Of a DNA stretch of 64,000 nt, positions 10,501-21,300 are shown piece after piece. Source of the DNA: Candidatus Adlerbacteria bacterium (lineage in GTDB: Bacteria; Patescibacteriota; Minisyncoccia; Phycocordibacterales; SBAW01); NCBI GenBank assembly GCA_963796795.1, contig CAWCNA010000013.1, positions 11,571-75,570 of the forward strand, read 5' to 3'. The notes beneath the pieces are model-generated. The model searched no databases. It was not told the DNA's origin and saw nothing but the letters and a program-made list of their open reading frames with translations. Each line of letters opens with the position of its first letter. The first letter of the stretch is position 1. The translations under genes were made by a program, and so were the position numbers.

Positions 10501-13500
10501 TGAGCCACCGCCAGCAGCATTATAAGTACTACCAGCACCTCCCACTTGATACCCTGTACCTCCAATCACACCATTCGCTCCAGCACCAACGTATACTGCT
10601 ACTGAACTTCCAAGCGCTGTCAGGGCAGCTCCTGAGTAAGTTTTTTTAGCATACCCACCGCCACCGCCACCGCCACCGCCATTACCATTACCACCATCAA
10701 CACCACCACCACCACCACCGCCGTATACTTCAACAACAATTTGAGTAAGATTTGCCGGTGGAACCCATGTGTTACCGCCAACTGTACTGAATGTAACTAC
10801 CACAGTACTTGTCGCTGCATTAGTAGTAACTGGAGAGTAAATACTGAAGGGAGAAACCGAACTGTTAGTGTTGAGTATGGAAAGCACTGACATTGGTGAT
10901 GATGTACCGATGCCGAGGAATCCTTGGTTGGTTACGGTAAGTGCTGACACTGTTGATGTCGCATATCCATCGGTTGATGTACCGATGTAGAGATTCCCTC
11001 CCATGTTTGAGAAGAGCCAGCTCTTGAGATTGGGGCCAGCCGACATATCGAAGAGTGCAAATGTTGGGCGCGTACCGGAGACATCAAAGAGCCAATTTGG
11101 TGTTGTAGTCCCTACCCCGACATTGCCGTTCTGCGCGATAAAGAGTGACGATGTACCTATAGAGCTGTTGGTACCGTTGAAGTACGCAACCTGTCCTTGA
11201 GTACCTTGCAGTGGCGAGAGGCATGCACCGTTAGTATAGAAACATCCACCCGTGAGGCTGATGCCGTCAGCAAACGTTGATGTCGCTGTTGTCGACGTGA
11301 TATTAAGCACGTTCGCCGCAAGGCCCGTGTAGAAGGTGGAGGTCGCCGTGCTGAAGTTCGCAACATTGTTGACCGAGAATATTGTCCCCGGTGTTGTCGT
11401 GCCGATGCCCACATTCCCCGCGAAATATGCGTTCCCCGTTGTTGTCGCGCCGCCGGAGATTGTGAGCCCGGTTGCTTGTCCGCCGGCCCCGGCGGTGGAG
11501 GACGCGAGCGCTAGGAACCCGCCGGACAGTGAAGAGAGGCCGATGACACCGAATGTCGAGGTCGCGGTAATCGCGCCTCCAAAGAATGTGCTACCAGAGA
11601 TGTATCCGTTGCCTTGCACTGAAAAGAGTGTGGAGGGAGATGTCGTACCAACTCCCAAGAATCCTGCTGACGTGAAGGTGGAGGTGGCCGTGCCACCGAA
11701 GTAGCCAACTGTTGCAGAGAGTTGTGTGGTTGAGGCGTTGGCATTGAAAAGCGCAAGACCACTGACATTCAAAGTGTTGGAGAGTGTCGCTGCACCGGAA
11801 ACTGCCAACGTTCCCGTCGCTGTGATGTTTGATGCAGTCAGGGTGCCATTGAAGTAACCGCCGCCCTGTACCGAAAGTGTTTGTGAAGGTGAGGTTGTAC
11901 CGATACCAACGTTACCTGTACCTTCGCCCTGCAAGATGACATTACCCCAGGTATTTTTTCCTGAAGCGTACCCTCCTTCTAGATAAATATTGCCTGCAAC
12001 AATACCCGAGTCTGTGTTGGCGGTATCACCTCCTTGAAAATACACGTCTCCTCCAAGGCTCCCTCCTGAGGGGTTCGAGTTACCAATACCAGCATTAAAA
12101 CTGGTTCGTACGTTCGATGTATCAAGTGCGTGATTACTAGCAGGCCCCACATGCAGGGTGTCTGGTGTCTGGCCATCTCCAGCTGAGGAAGAAACGGTAA
12201 GCAAGCCTCCGATGTTCACATTACTATTTGTAAAATCTATATATGCAGTTCCTCCGGATGTTTTTGCAATTCTGTAATAATTGGTATCAAGTGGCGAAGC
12301 GCCAATACCCAAATCATTTCCCGAATCACTTCGATGAATGGTCAGCAACGCAGTCGGGTTTGTTGTGCCGACACCGACATTACCAGTTGGATCGATATAC
12401 ACTCTATCCGCATTATTTGTCCGCAATAACAATCCATGGTTGCTAGCAGTACCAAAGAAGGCGTTGGATCCGGCATTGTTCAGCGCTCCCATAAATGCTG
12501 TAACAGACCCGGATTGGAATGTCATATAGCCAGCCGTAGAATTACCTACTATGTTGAAGGCATCTCCGTTGCCGACTACTTGAGTGTTTGTGTTGATGCC
12601 AACAAAAGGTGTGCCGAAGGTGCCGTTCCCAGTCGCATAGACCAAATTGGGGTTAGCAGTATTGCCAACATTCAAGAGATTATTATTTACCCCTCCCTCC
12701 ACATCTAACAAATACCCTGGCGTTGTGGTTCCGATGCCGACGCTCCCGCCTGTTGTTGCAAAGTATGCACTTGAAGTTGCAGTGATAGCACCACCAAAGA
12801 ATGCCGAGCCGCTGGTGTATTCGTTGCCTTGCACCGCGAGCGTTGTTGAGGGCGATGTTGTGCCGATGCCAATGTTGCCGTTGTCGGCGATGGTCATGCG
12901 TTGGAGATTGTTTGTAAAGAAGTTCAGGAAGTTGCCGTCAGTCGCGTTGATGTATGTTGTCTGGGCCGCATTCACCACGCCGCCGAGGCCCTGCCATATG
13001 TTGTTGTCGCCGAAACCTTCAAACTGATGTGTTGTCGTGTTGTAACGGACTTGGCCTGTCAGATCTTCCAACGGGCGCTGGCCTGTTGTACCCACTGGCA
13101 GGTGCAAGGCATCAGTTGCAAAAATATCTACCGACGATGCTGGCGTCGATGTGCCGATGCCGATGCGGCCGCCGGCTGCGACTTCCAAGTAGGAGGCACC
13201 TGTCGAAGATGCAACTCGCAACAAATCGGCTGTCTGGCCCGTCAAACCTTTCAAATCCAACGTTACAACATTGCCGCCGTTTGATGATGCATTTTGGATA
13301 AACAATGGCTGATTGAAGGCAAACGTTTTTGCGGTCGAGTTCCAGCCCAGCAACGCGTTGGGGACTACGTTGCCGCGGAAGAAGATGATGTTTGCATCTT
13401 CGGCATCCGACGATACGTTGTCGGAATTGATCGTAAAGTTTGCCGACTGTGTCCCGCCTATTTGCGTATTGTTGGCGACGATGTTGTTGGCAGTAATGGT

Positions 13501-14912
13501 GCCCACGTATGCGTTGTTCCAGAAAAACGATGGTGAACCAAGATTGTACGTAATGTTTCTGATCCGGGACGATGTCGGAGTGGATTGATGAGTTAATAAC
13601 AAGCGTATTTGAGCTGCTGTTACCAAGCGTTGTCGAGTTCCCTGCTACAAACAGGTTGCCGCCGATGTAGGCGTCACTTGCTGTCTGGAGCACACCCGGG
13701 GCAGATGTTGCGACACCAACGCCCAAACCAACCGCAAAGTAACCACTGCCTGTCGTGCTTGCATTGCCGTTAACGATACTGTCGCCATGTGTATTGAAAC
13801 TGCCCACGTTCAATGCTCCGCTTATGGATGCATTGGTTGCAAATAAATTTGTCGTTGACGCCACCTGCGCAAAGAAGTTTGTCGTTGTTGCGTTGGAAAG
13901 AAGTGTATTGCCCGAGACTGAAAGTGTTCCGAGTGTTGTGGTTGCGGCGTTAAACGTGCCTCCAACGTTCGTGTTGCCTAGGACATCAAGGCTGCCAACG
14001 CTCCCATATGTTGCAAAAATGTTATCAGCCTTCGTATCACCGTTAAGTGTTGTGTTTGAAAGGTTATTTATAAGCTCAGGAAGAACAAAGTTCTGCAACG
14101 GGCTTTCGCGGCCGGGGTTTTCAAGGTTCGAAATCTGGATGGCAAACTTGTTGGAAAGGTCCCCGAGGCGCGCTGTGAGTTCGTCTTCAGAGATTCCACC
14201 AGACCCTACAGCCTGTTGCACAACCGTACGTTCAATGACCGGATAATTATTTACGATGGTAGGCGGTGGAGTCACAACGGGAACCGTTGGTACCGAAGCA
14301 GAACTGTTTCTGAGGAGAAGTCTGGCCGACCGAAGGGAGGAGATCCGAGGACTTCTCTGAAGAATTGTTCTGTGGAGGTACATCAGCAACTTTTGAAGTA
14401 TGTCCAAACAACGTTGCGAATATTCCTGACAAAAAGTTTGAAGTGCCTGTGACAGCTGGTGCGGTTGTGCCGAAGAAAGGTGTTTCAGCTGCAGAGACCG
14501 CAGCAAATGATGGTCCGCCAGCTGGCGGATTTGTATTAGGTACAAGCGTCGAAGCAAACACAAGCGAGCCGAGCAGCAGGATCGCACCTGCCACCAGTCC
14601 TATAGGCGCACCGACAGAGACCTCCTTCGCGCGCAAAAAAATATTCTGCAAGGCAGTTTGCTGCTCACGCACGTTTTCGCGATATTCACTCGAAAGAGAT
14701 TTTGAAAGTTCAAGTCTGCGCGCCTCGCGCTCTGTTGCTTTTTGCTCAAGGTATGAAGAAAGCGATGTTGGGTCGACATACCACACGCCATCAACAAGTT
14801 TTCCTTGCACTGCCTGTCTGCGACAAAGCAACGCAACGTAGTCGTTGGTCTTTTTAAAATCGCGGGCTGCCGCGACAGAAGAAATATATGTTTTTGGAAT
14901 TTTCTCGCTCAT
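7587..14912 (-). CDS. giant surface/fibre protein A (HTH-TM-VGIGT repeats-Gly-rich-propeller cassette-DUF5011-like Ig), ~2,440 aa, three frameshifts
   Basis: ORFs 14247-14912, 13112-14587, 9877-13626 and 7587-9824 join by single frame changes (~14309, ~13558, ~9888) into a paralogue of protein B. Confidence 0.8.
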
Positions 14913-14998
14913 CGTTTTTACAACGAGTTGAGAAGCGAACTGTCCAAGTGCTGTATGGTCGTATCGCCGGTTTGTGCGTACCTCGGCGAAGTAACCAA

Positions 14999-15035
14999 AT
15001 AAAGAAAGGGCAGTCCGCCAATCGACGGATGCCCT
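14999..15035 (-). promoter_or_regulatory. terminator/attenuator-like hairpin in the leader of gene A
   Basis: Minus strand AGGGCATCCGTC-GATT-GGCGGACTGCCCT followed by TTCTTT, ~90 nt before the ATG. Confidence 0.5.
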
Positions 15036-15115
15036 GTTGCTATAAAGTATATCCTTGTACCTGTTTTTAATGCATATACATATATGCACTCATATGGGGA
15101 TAAGAAATTTTAATG

Positions 15116-15296
15116 GAGGTCGGTCCTCCGCAAATTTGAAAAAATTGTATCAATCTTGAAACCCTAAAGCTATAGTTGACACACATCTCCAATAGATGCT
15201 GAATGTGTAAAAACACTATTTTCCGCGCATTACTTCTATCCGAGATTTGTTATATATCAACATATCTCGGATAAACAGATACAGAGGACCGACCTC
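15116..15296. repeat. 13-bp inverted repeat pair enclosing a 37-bp hairpin
   Basis: GAGGTCGGTCCTC (15116-15128) and GAGGACCGACCTC (15284-15296); inner TATCCGAGAT...ATCTCGGATA (15237-15273). Confidence 0.75.
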
Positions 15297-15300
15297 GGTA

Positions 15301-18300
15301 TTATTGCTGGGTGCTGGTTGCGGCACCTGCCTGCGCAGGCAGGGACACTATAATAGTGCGGGTTGCAGTGCCTGTGTTCCCTGCCCCGTCGGTCGCACTA
15401 AAGAGGATGATATGGGTGCCTGGGGTGCTTGTATCGAGAGTAAATTGGGCTGGAGACGTGCTTGTCGCCCCGTCCAGAGACATGCTGTAGCCGATGTTTG
15501 GGCTTGATGTGCTGGTTACAGTAACGCCCGGATCTATATATGTATCACCAACATTGAGCTGTGCTGGATCGGCACCGATGAGAGTTATTGTCGGTGGAGT
15601 TGATGTGGCGGAACCCGAGGAGTCACCTCCTCCGGAGGAAACACCTCCGGTTCCTTGAGGTGTCGAAGTAGCAGTCCCGTTCAACAAATTATTAAGTTGT
15701 GTGCGCGTGACACATGTCTTGCCTGTTGCATCTGTGATGCAGAGTTGGTCGGTATCAACTTCTTTTGCAAATACTTTATCGAATACGCCGACGCTCGCGT
15801 ATATTGCCTTGCCCATCACTTCTACAACTTCGTTACCTATACTTTGTAGTACGGTTTTCAATCCATCACTTGCATTAGCAAATACTCCGGCCCATTCAGG
15901 AGTTGAGGTTGCGTTTGTCGAGGTAGCAGTCGTTAACTCAACAACAGAAGTCGTGCCGAGCAAGTTAAATGTATTTTGATTTATATTTGATGCCAAAATT
16001 TGGCCCGTGAGATTCAAGTTGCCATCTTCATCCAGCACTGCAATATTCTTGCCCAACTGGTTTTTAAATGTCAGCCCTTGTGGAGTATCAGGAGATTCTG
16101 CAATTCTGAAGTTGTTTGCAAACACTGCGTCACCAAAGAACTGGTCGCCTGTTGCGTTGTTATTAGAATTGAGGAGCATTGACGACGATGTAAGGGCGAG
16201 ACCAACCTGATACGCGGAGGTCGATGTGGAGAGTCCACCTGCTGGACTCCAGAAATACGTGTTCCCTGCTGTCAGCCCTGACAACCCTCCGACAATGCCA
16301 GTTGATGCAACTGTCACTGTGCCATTTGCACTTGCTGCATTTGTTGCCATACCAAGGACGGTAGGATTTGTAACAACACCAACAGACGCGTTTGGATAAT
16401 TATTGCCGTCGACAAACCCATAGACATAGTGTGTCGAGTCGAGATCTGCAATTGTTATGTAATTGTAATTACTAAGGGTGCTCGAAATAATATAAGAATT
16501 GTTCGGTGTGATGGTCGTGCCGGAGACCGTGGACGCCGAAGCTCGAACTTGTTTTAGCGATGGATCTAAGTACCCGACAATAAAGTTGGTGGAACTTAAC
16601 ACTGAAAGTGAAACGTAGGAGCCTGCGTTAATGTCGCTAGAAGTAGTGGTATTACCGGCAATTGTGGAAGGGCTTCCGCAGGAAACAGAAGTTCCCGAAA
16701 TTGTGCAGGCTGTTGCCCTAACTGCATATGGTATAGGAGGAGGACTGACATTGCTGTACGCCTGCAGATAGGCGACAACCAAAGCACTCGAAGAGAGAGA
16801 TGAAATAGAGAAGTAAGCCGGGGCATACCCGCCGCCACCGGCGTTCGTGGGAGTACCGCATGTAGGGGTAGTCCCCGAGACCGTACATGCAACGACTTTT
16901 GCTTGGTTGAGGGTGCCATCCCCGAAGGTCTCAGCGAAGCTCGATGAAGAGAGAGCCGTAACGGCAACGTTAGCGTCGGTGTTCTGAATTCGCGTCGACA
17001 TTTACCGTGCTACCCGCGGTAATCGTGGTGCCCGAGAGGGTACCCACCGTGGCATACGTACTATTAATCCCACCTGGGGTGTATCCGACAACAAACTTTG
17101 TGGCACTGAGCGCGGCCACAGAAACAATATCCTGTCCTGAAGATACCGTGCCCCCCATGCTTTGAGCGCTCCCGCACGTCGGAGTAGTCCCAGATATGGT
17201 GCACGCGAGGCTCGAGACCGTACCGCTTCCGCTGGCAGTATTGTTGTATGCAACTACGAAGCTCGTAGAGGATAGTGCTGCGAGAGAAACATCGGAGGAA
17301 GCGGAGGAGAGAAGAACTGTGGGAGTGCCGCAGACTACACTATTTGCCAATACATTACATACGGCCGCAGTAAGGAAATTAGAATTATTACTATCTCTGT
17401 ATGCCTCAACAAAACTTGTTGCAGAGAGCGCTGTCGCAGATGTGTATGCTGCGGATGCCGAATATGACAAGACGGTCGAAGAACCGACACCAGTGACCGT
17501 TCCGCCCGCGAGCGCATCATCTTTCCGAACTTTCCCATTAATGTACGCAACGATGTCACCAACATTAATCTGTGAACTCCCCGAATCCACCGTGTAATCC
17601 GCAGTCAAATTCTTGAGCTTGGCAGTCAACGCACCACTTGCATCAACCCTCAATACATTCGCACCAGTTGATGATGCGATGGCGAAGATATCACCAGAGC
17701 CAGGCGTGCCCTGAATGGAAAGTGCTGCAAGAGGTGAACTTGTCCCAACCCCAAAGAGCCCTGCCGCCGTGAGTGTGAGAGTAGAAGTTCCGACAGCATT
17801 GTTAGTACCAGAGAAGTATGTGAGTTGGCCCGTTGAGCCAATTGGGTTTGTGAGGCAGACGTTGTTGTAGAGCAAGCATCCGCCATTGAGTTGGATACCA
17901 TTCGCAAACGTCGATGTTGCAGTACCCGTAACATTGAGTGCAAATGCTTGCAGCCCTCCGGCGAACGTACTCGTCGAAAGATTCGTAACAATGAGATTCG
18001 TGAGAGTCGAAGTACCTGCACTGAGTGTACCTGCACCAACAATGTTGCCGAGGGAATCGATGGTGGTGGTAGCAGTTGCACCGAAGTAGGCTTTTTGAAC
18101 AACCGCAAACTGTGAAGTAGATGCAGTAGCGAAGTTAAAGGCACCGCCGACAGAGAAGCCTCCTGCGATGGTGAGCTGGCCACTGTTGCTGACACTAAAC
18201 ACCGACGCATAGCTTTGTGTACCTGTAGGTGAGCGCTTGAGCGAGAACGCATCACTCTGTCCACCAAGCTGGAAGTCCCATGCAGGGTAGGAGTTGTTGA

Positions 18301-21300
18301 TGAGTGAGCCAGTACCGGTGTCGTTTGAGGCAATGTTTAAGTCACCTGTGTTGGACGGTATATAGAAGGAGTATGGAATGGCAGCATTACCGTTTGCACC
18401 AGAGAGGTTCGCTAAGGTGAGGAGTGATGAATTACCAGAGGCATAGTTCCCTTCTACATCAAGTTTAGCCTTCGGTGCAGTAGTAGATGCAATACCAAGG
18501 CCAAGAGAACCACTGGTATTAAGGAAGATGTTGTTACTCCCCCAGTTGTTGGTGTTGAGTGCGGTGTTTAAGCTCACCGGTACCGTACAGGTGCCACTCT
18601 GGCCTGCCGTACATGCACCACCTGTGGACTTTACATACAAGAGGTCGAAGTCGCCTGCGTTGATTGGTGCACCCGAGACTGCAGAGTTTGTTTCAGCGAA
18701 GCCAAGGTCTCCCGCAATGACCTTGTTTGCATATATAGCAGAGAGGCGGTCGGTGGAGGAGCCGATTGCGAAGAGGTTGTCGCTGGTTGGGAAGATGTTG
18801 CCTGCGAGCGTACCTCCTGCAAGCAGTGTTCCATTTGAACTTGCAGATATGATTGAGGAAAGTGCTGATGCAAGTTGTGTATTTGTGATGTAGGTGCTGA
18901 GGGTACTGGTGGAGACAAACTGCGTGAAGTCAGGCAAGTCACTAAAGAGTGATGATGTTGAAACAAGGCCGGAGATATCTCCGAGTGTTGCGTAGTTGGA
19001 AAGGTCTGGAGTGGTTGAAGTTGGAAGTGCGGCGAGGGCAGAGGCAAGTGTTGAACTAGAGACAAGGCCTGAGATATCAGAAAAGGGTTGCGTAGCCTGA
19101 AAGATCCGGAGCAGTAAACACTGGTGTCGAGGTAGGTGCAATCTGGCTCCAGTCACTGATGCAGTTGTCTGTTCCTAAGCAAAGTACATTAGTACTCGTA
19201 GTGGAAGCGGTGAGCAGATCAGTAACAGTTGACGTTGCATTGATTTGATTAACGTTGGTGTTGTTGATGGTTGTTGTACCAGTCAAGAAAACATTTTGTG
19301 CAGAGATGTTCCCTCCTACGTTGAGATTACCGTCTTCATCAATGCTCATAATCTGCCTTCCCAACTGATTTTCAAAGTTGAGTGCGTTTGGAACCCCAGG
19401 GTTTTCAGTAATCCTGAAGTTGTTTGCAAACACTGCGTCACCGAAGAACTGATCACTCCCTGCTCCGTTGCTGGAGTTCAAGAGCATTGAAGTCGAAGTC
19501 AGCGCAATACCAACTTTATATGTTGATGAGGTAGTGGTGAGGCTGTTGCCGTTGAAATAATACGTCGAGCCGGCAGTGAGACCGGAAAGACCAGAAACAA
19601 TACCGTTCGACGCAACCGTCACGATGCCATTCGCGCTCGCGGCATTCGTGGCCATGCCAAGGTTGTTGGAGGAAGGAGTTTGAGAAGTGGAGACAACGGC
19701 GGCGGCGTAGTTTGTGCTGTCGCCCTGATACGCCACGACGAATGAGGTGGAGGAGAGGACGGCGACGGAGGTAAAGGCGGAGCTGACGGCGTTGAGAGCA
19801 GCGGGGGTGCCGGCGGTGATGGTGGTGCCAGAGACGGTGGCGACGACGGCGTTGGCGTAGCCTGTGTTGTTGCTCTCGATACCCCACCACGAATGAGGTG
19901 GAGGAGAGGGCAGCGACGGAGGTGTAGATGCCGGGGGCGTTGGTGAGGTCGACGAGGGAACCATGACCAGTGACGGAGGTGCCGGAGACGGTGGCGACGA
20001 CGGCGGTGACATGGGTACTGCCGTCCCTATACGCCACAACGAAGTGTGTGGAGTCGAGGGCGGCAACGGAGTCGTAGTTGGAGGTTTGCGAAGAGTTGAC
20101 GGTGGCAAAAGTGCCGGCAGTGATGGTGGTGCCGGAGACGGTGGCGACAACGGCGTCCGCGTAGAGGTTGCTATCCTGGTACGCCACCACGAACGACGTG
20201 GATGATAAGGCGGAGACGGAGGTGTAGGTGGAGGCGAGAGAGTTGAGGACGACTGGAGTGCCGGCGGTGATGGTGGTGCCAGAGACGGTGGCGACGACGG
20301 CGTTGGCGAAGCCTGAGGCACCCCGATACGCTACCACAAAGTGCGTGGAGTCGAGTGCGGCGGCGGATTCGTAGCCGGCGGTGACAGCATTGAGAGCAAC
20401 GGGGGTGCCGGCGGTGATGGTGGTGCCAGAGACGGTGGCGACGACGGCGTTGGCGAAATTTGAAGCACCCGCGTAGGCCACCACAAAGTGCGTGGAGTCG
20501 AGTGCGGCGACGGAGGTGTAGGAGGAGCTGACGGCGTTGATGGCGACGGGGGTGCCGTAGGTGATGGTGGTGCCAGAGACGGTGGCGACGACGGCTTCAG
20601 CAAAGCCTGTGCTTCTGTTCACATATGCCACGACGAATGAGGTGGAGGAGAGGGCGGCGGCGGAGGTGTAGTCGGAAGCAACGGCATTGGCGACGACGGG
20701 GGTGCCGGTGGTGATGGCGTTTTGCGCCTTCGTGGCTTTTCCGTTGATAAACGCCACGATGTTCCCGACATTGATCGCACTGCTCCCCGAATCCACCGTG
20801 TAGTCGGCGGTGAGTTGTTTCAGTTTTGCGGTGAGTGCACCTGTCGAATCAACTTTCAATACGTTCGCACCAGTTGATGACGCGACGTCAAAGATGTCAG
20901 TTGAGCCAGGTGTCCCCTGAATGGAGAGTGCTGCAAGTGGCGACGAGGTGCCGATGCCAAAGAATCCAGTAGCACTAAGTGTGAGCGTCGAAGTGCCAAC
21001 TTCATTGTTAGTGCTGGAGAAATATGGGATTTGGCCGGTTGTACCTACCGAAGGCGTAAGGCATTTGTTGTTGTAGAGCAAACACCCAGCATTGAGTTGG
21101 ATACCATTTGAGAAGGTTGATGTTGCAGTGCCGGTGACATTGAGTGCAAATGCTTGGAGCCCCCCAGCAAACGTACTCGTCGAGAGATTGGAGACAATGA
21201 GATTTGTGAGAGTTGAGGTGCCTGCACTAAGTGTTCCTGCACCAATGATATTACCTGCCGCGTCGATGGTGGTGGTTGCAGTGGCACCGAAGTAGGCGTT

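Noticed and set aside
10016-10525. Poly-Pro plus-strand ORFs (also 26588-29134, and the Pro-rich shadow ORFs at 19077-23901)
   Set aside because: Antisense or alternative-frame shadows of Gly-rich and C-biased codons in the giant genes.
14913-15060. c-di-GMP-I riboswitch in the gene A leader
   Set aside because: Lacks the GGCAAA / GAAA tetraloop / GACGCAAAGC consensus.
14913-15089. N-terminal extension of gene A as given in the ORF track
   Set aside because: The paralogues start just before the HTH; the extension overlaps the leader hairpins.
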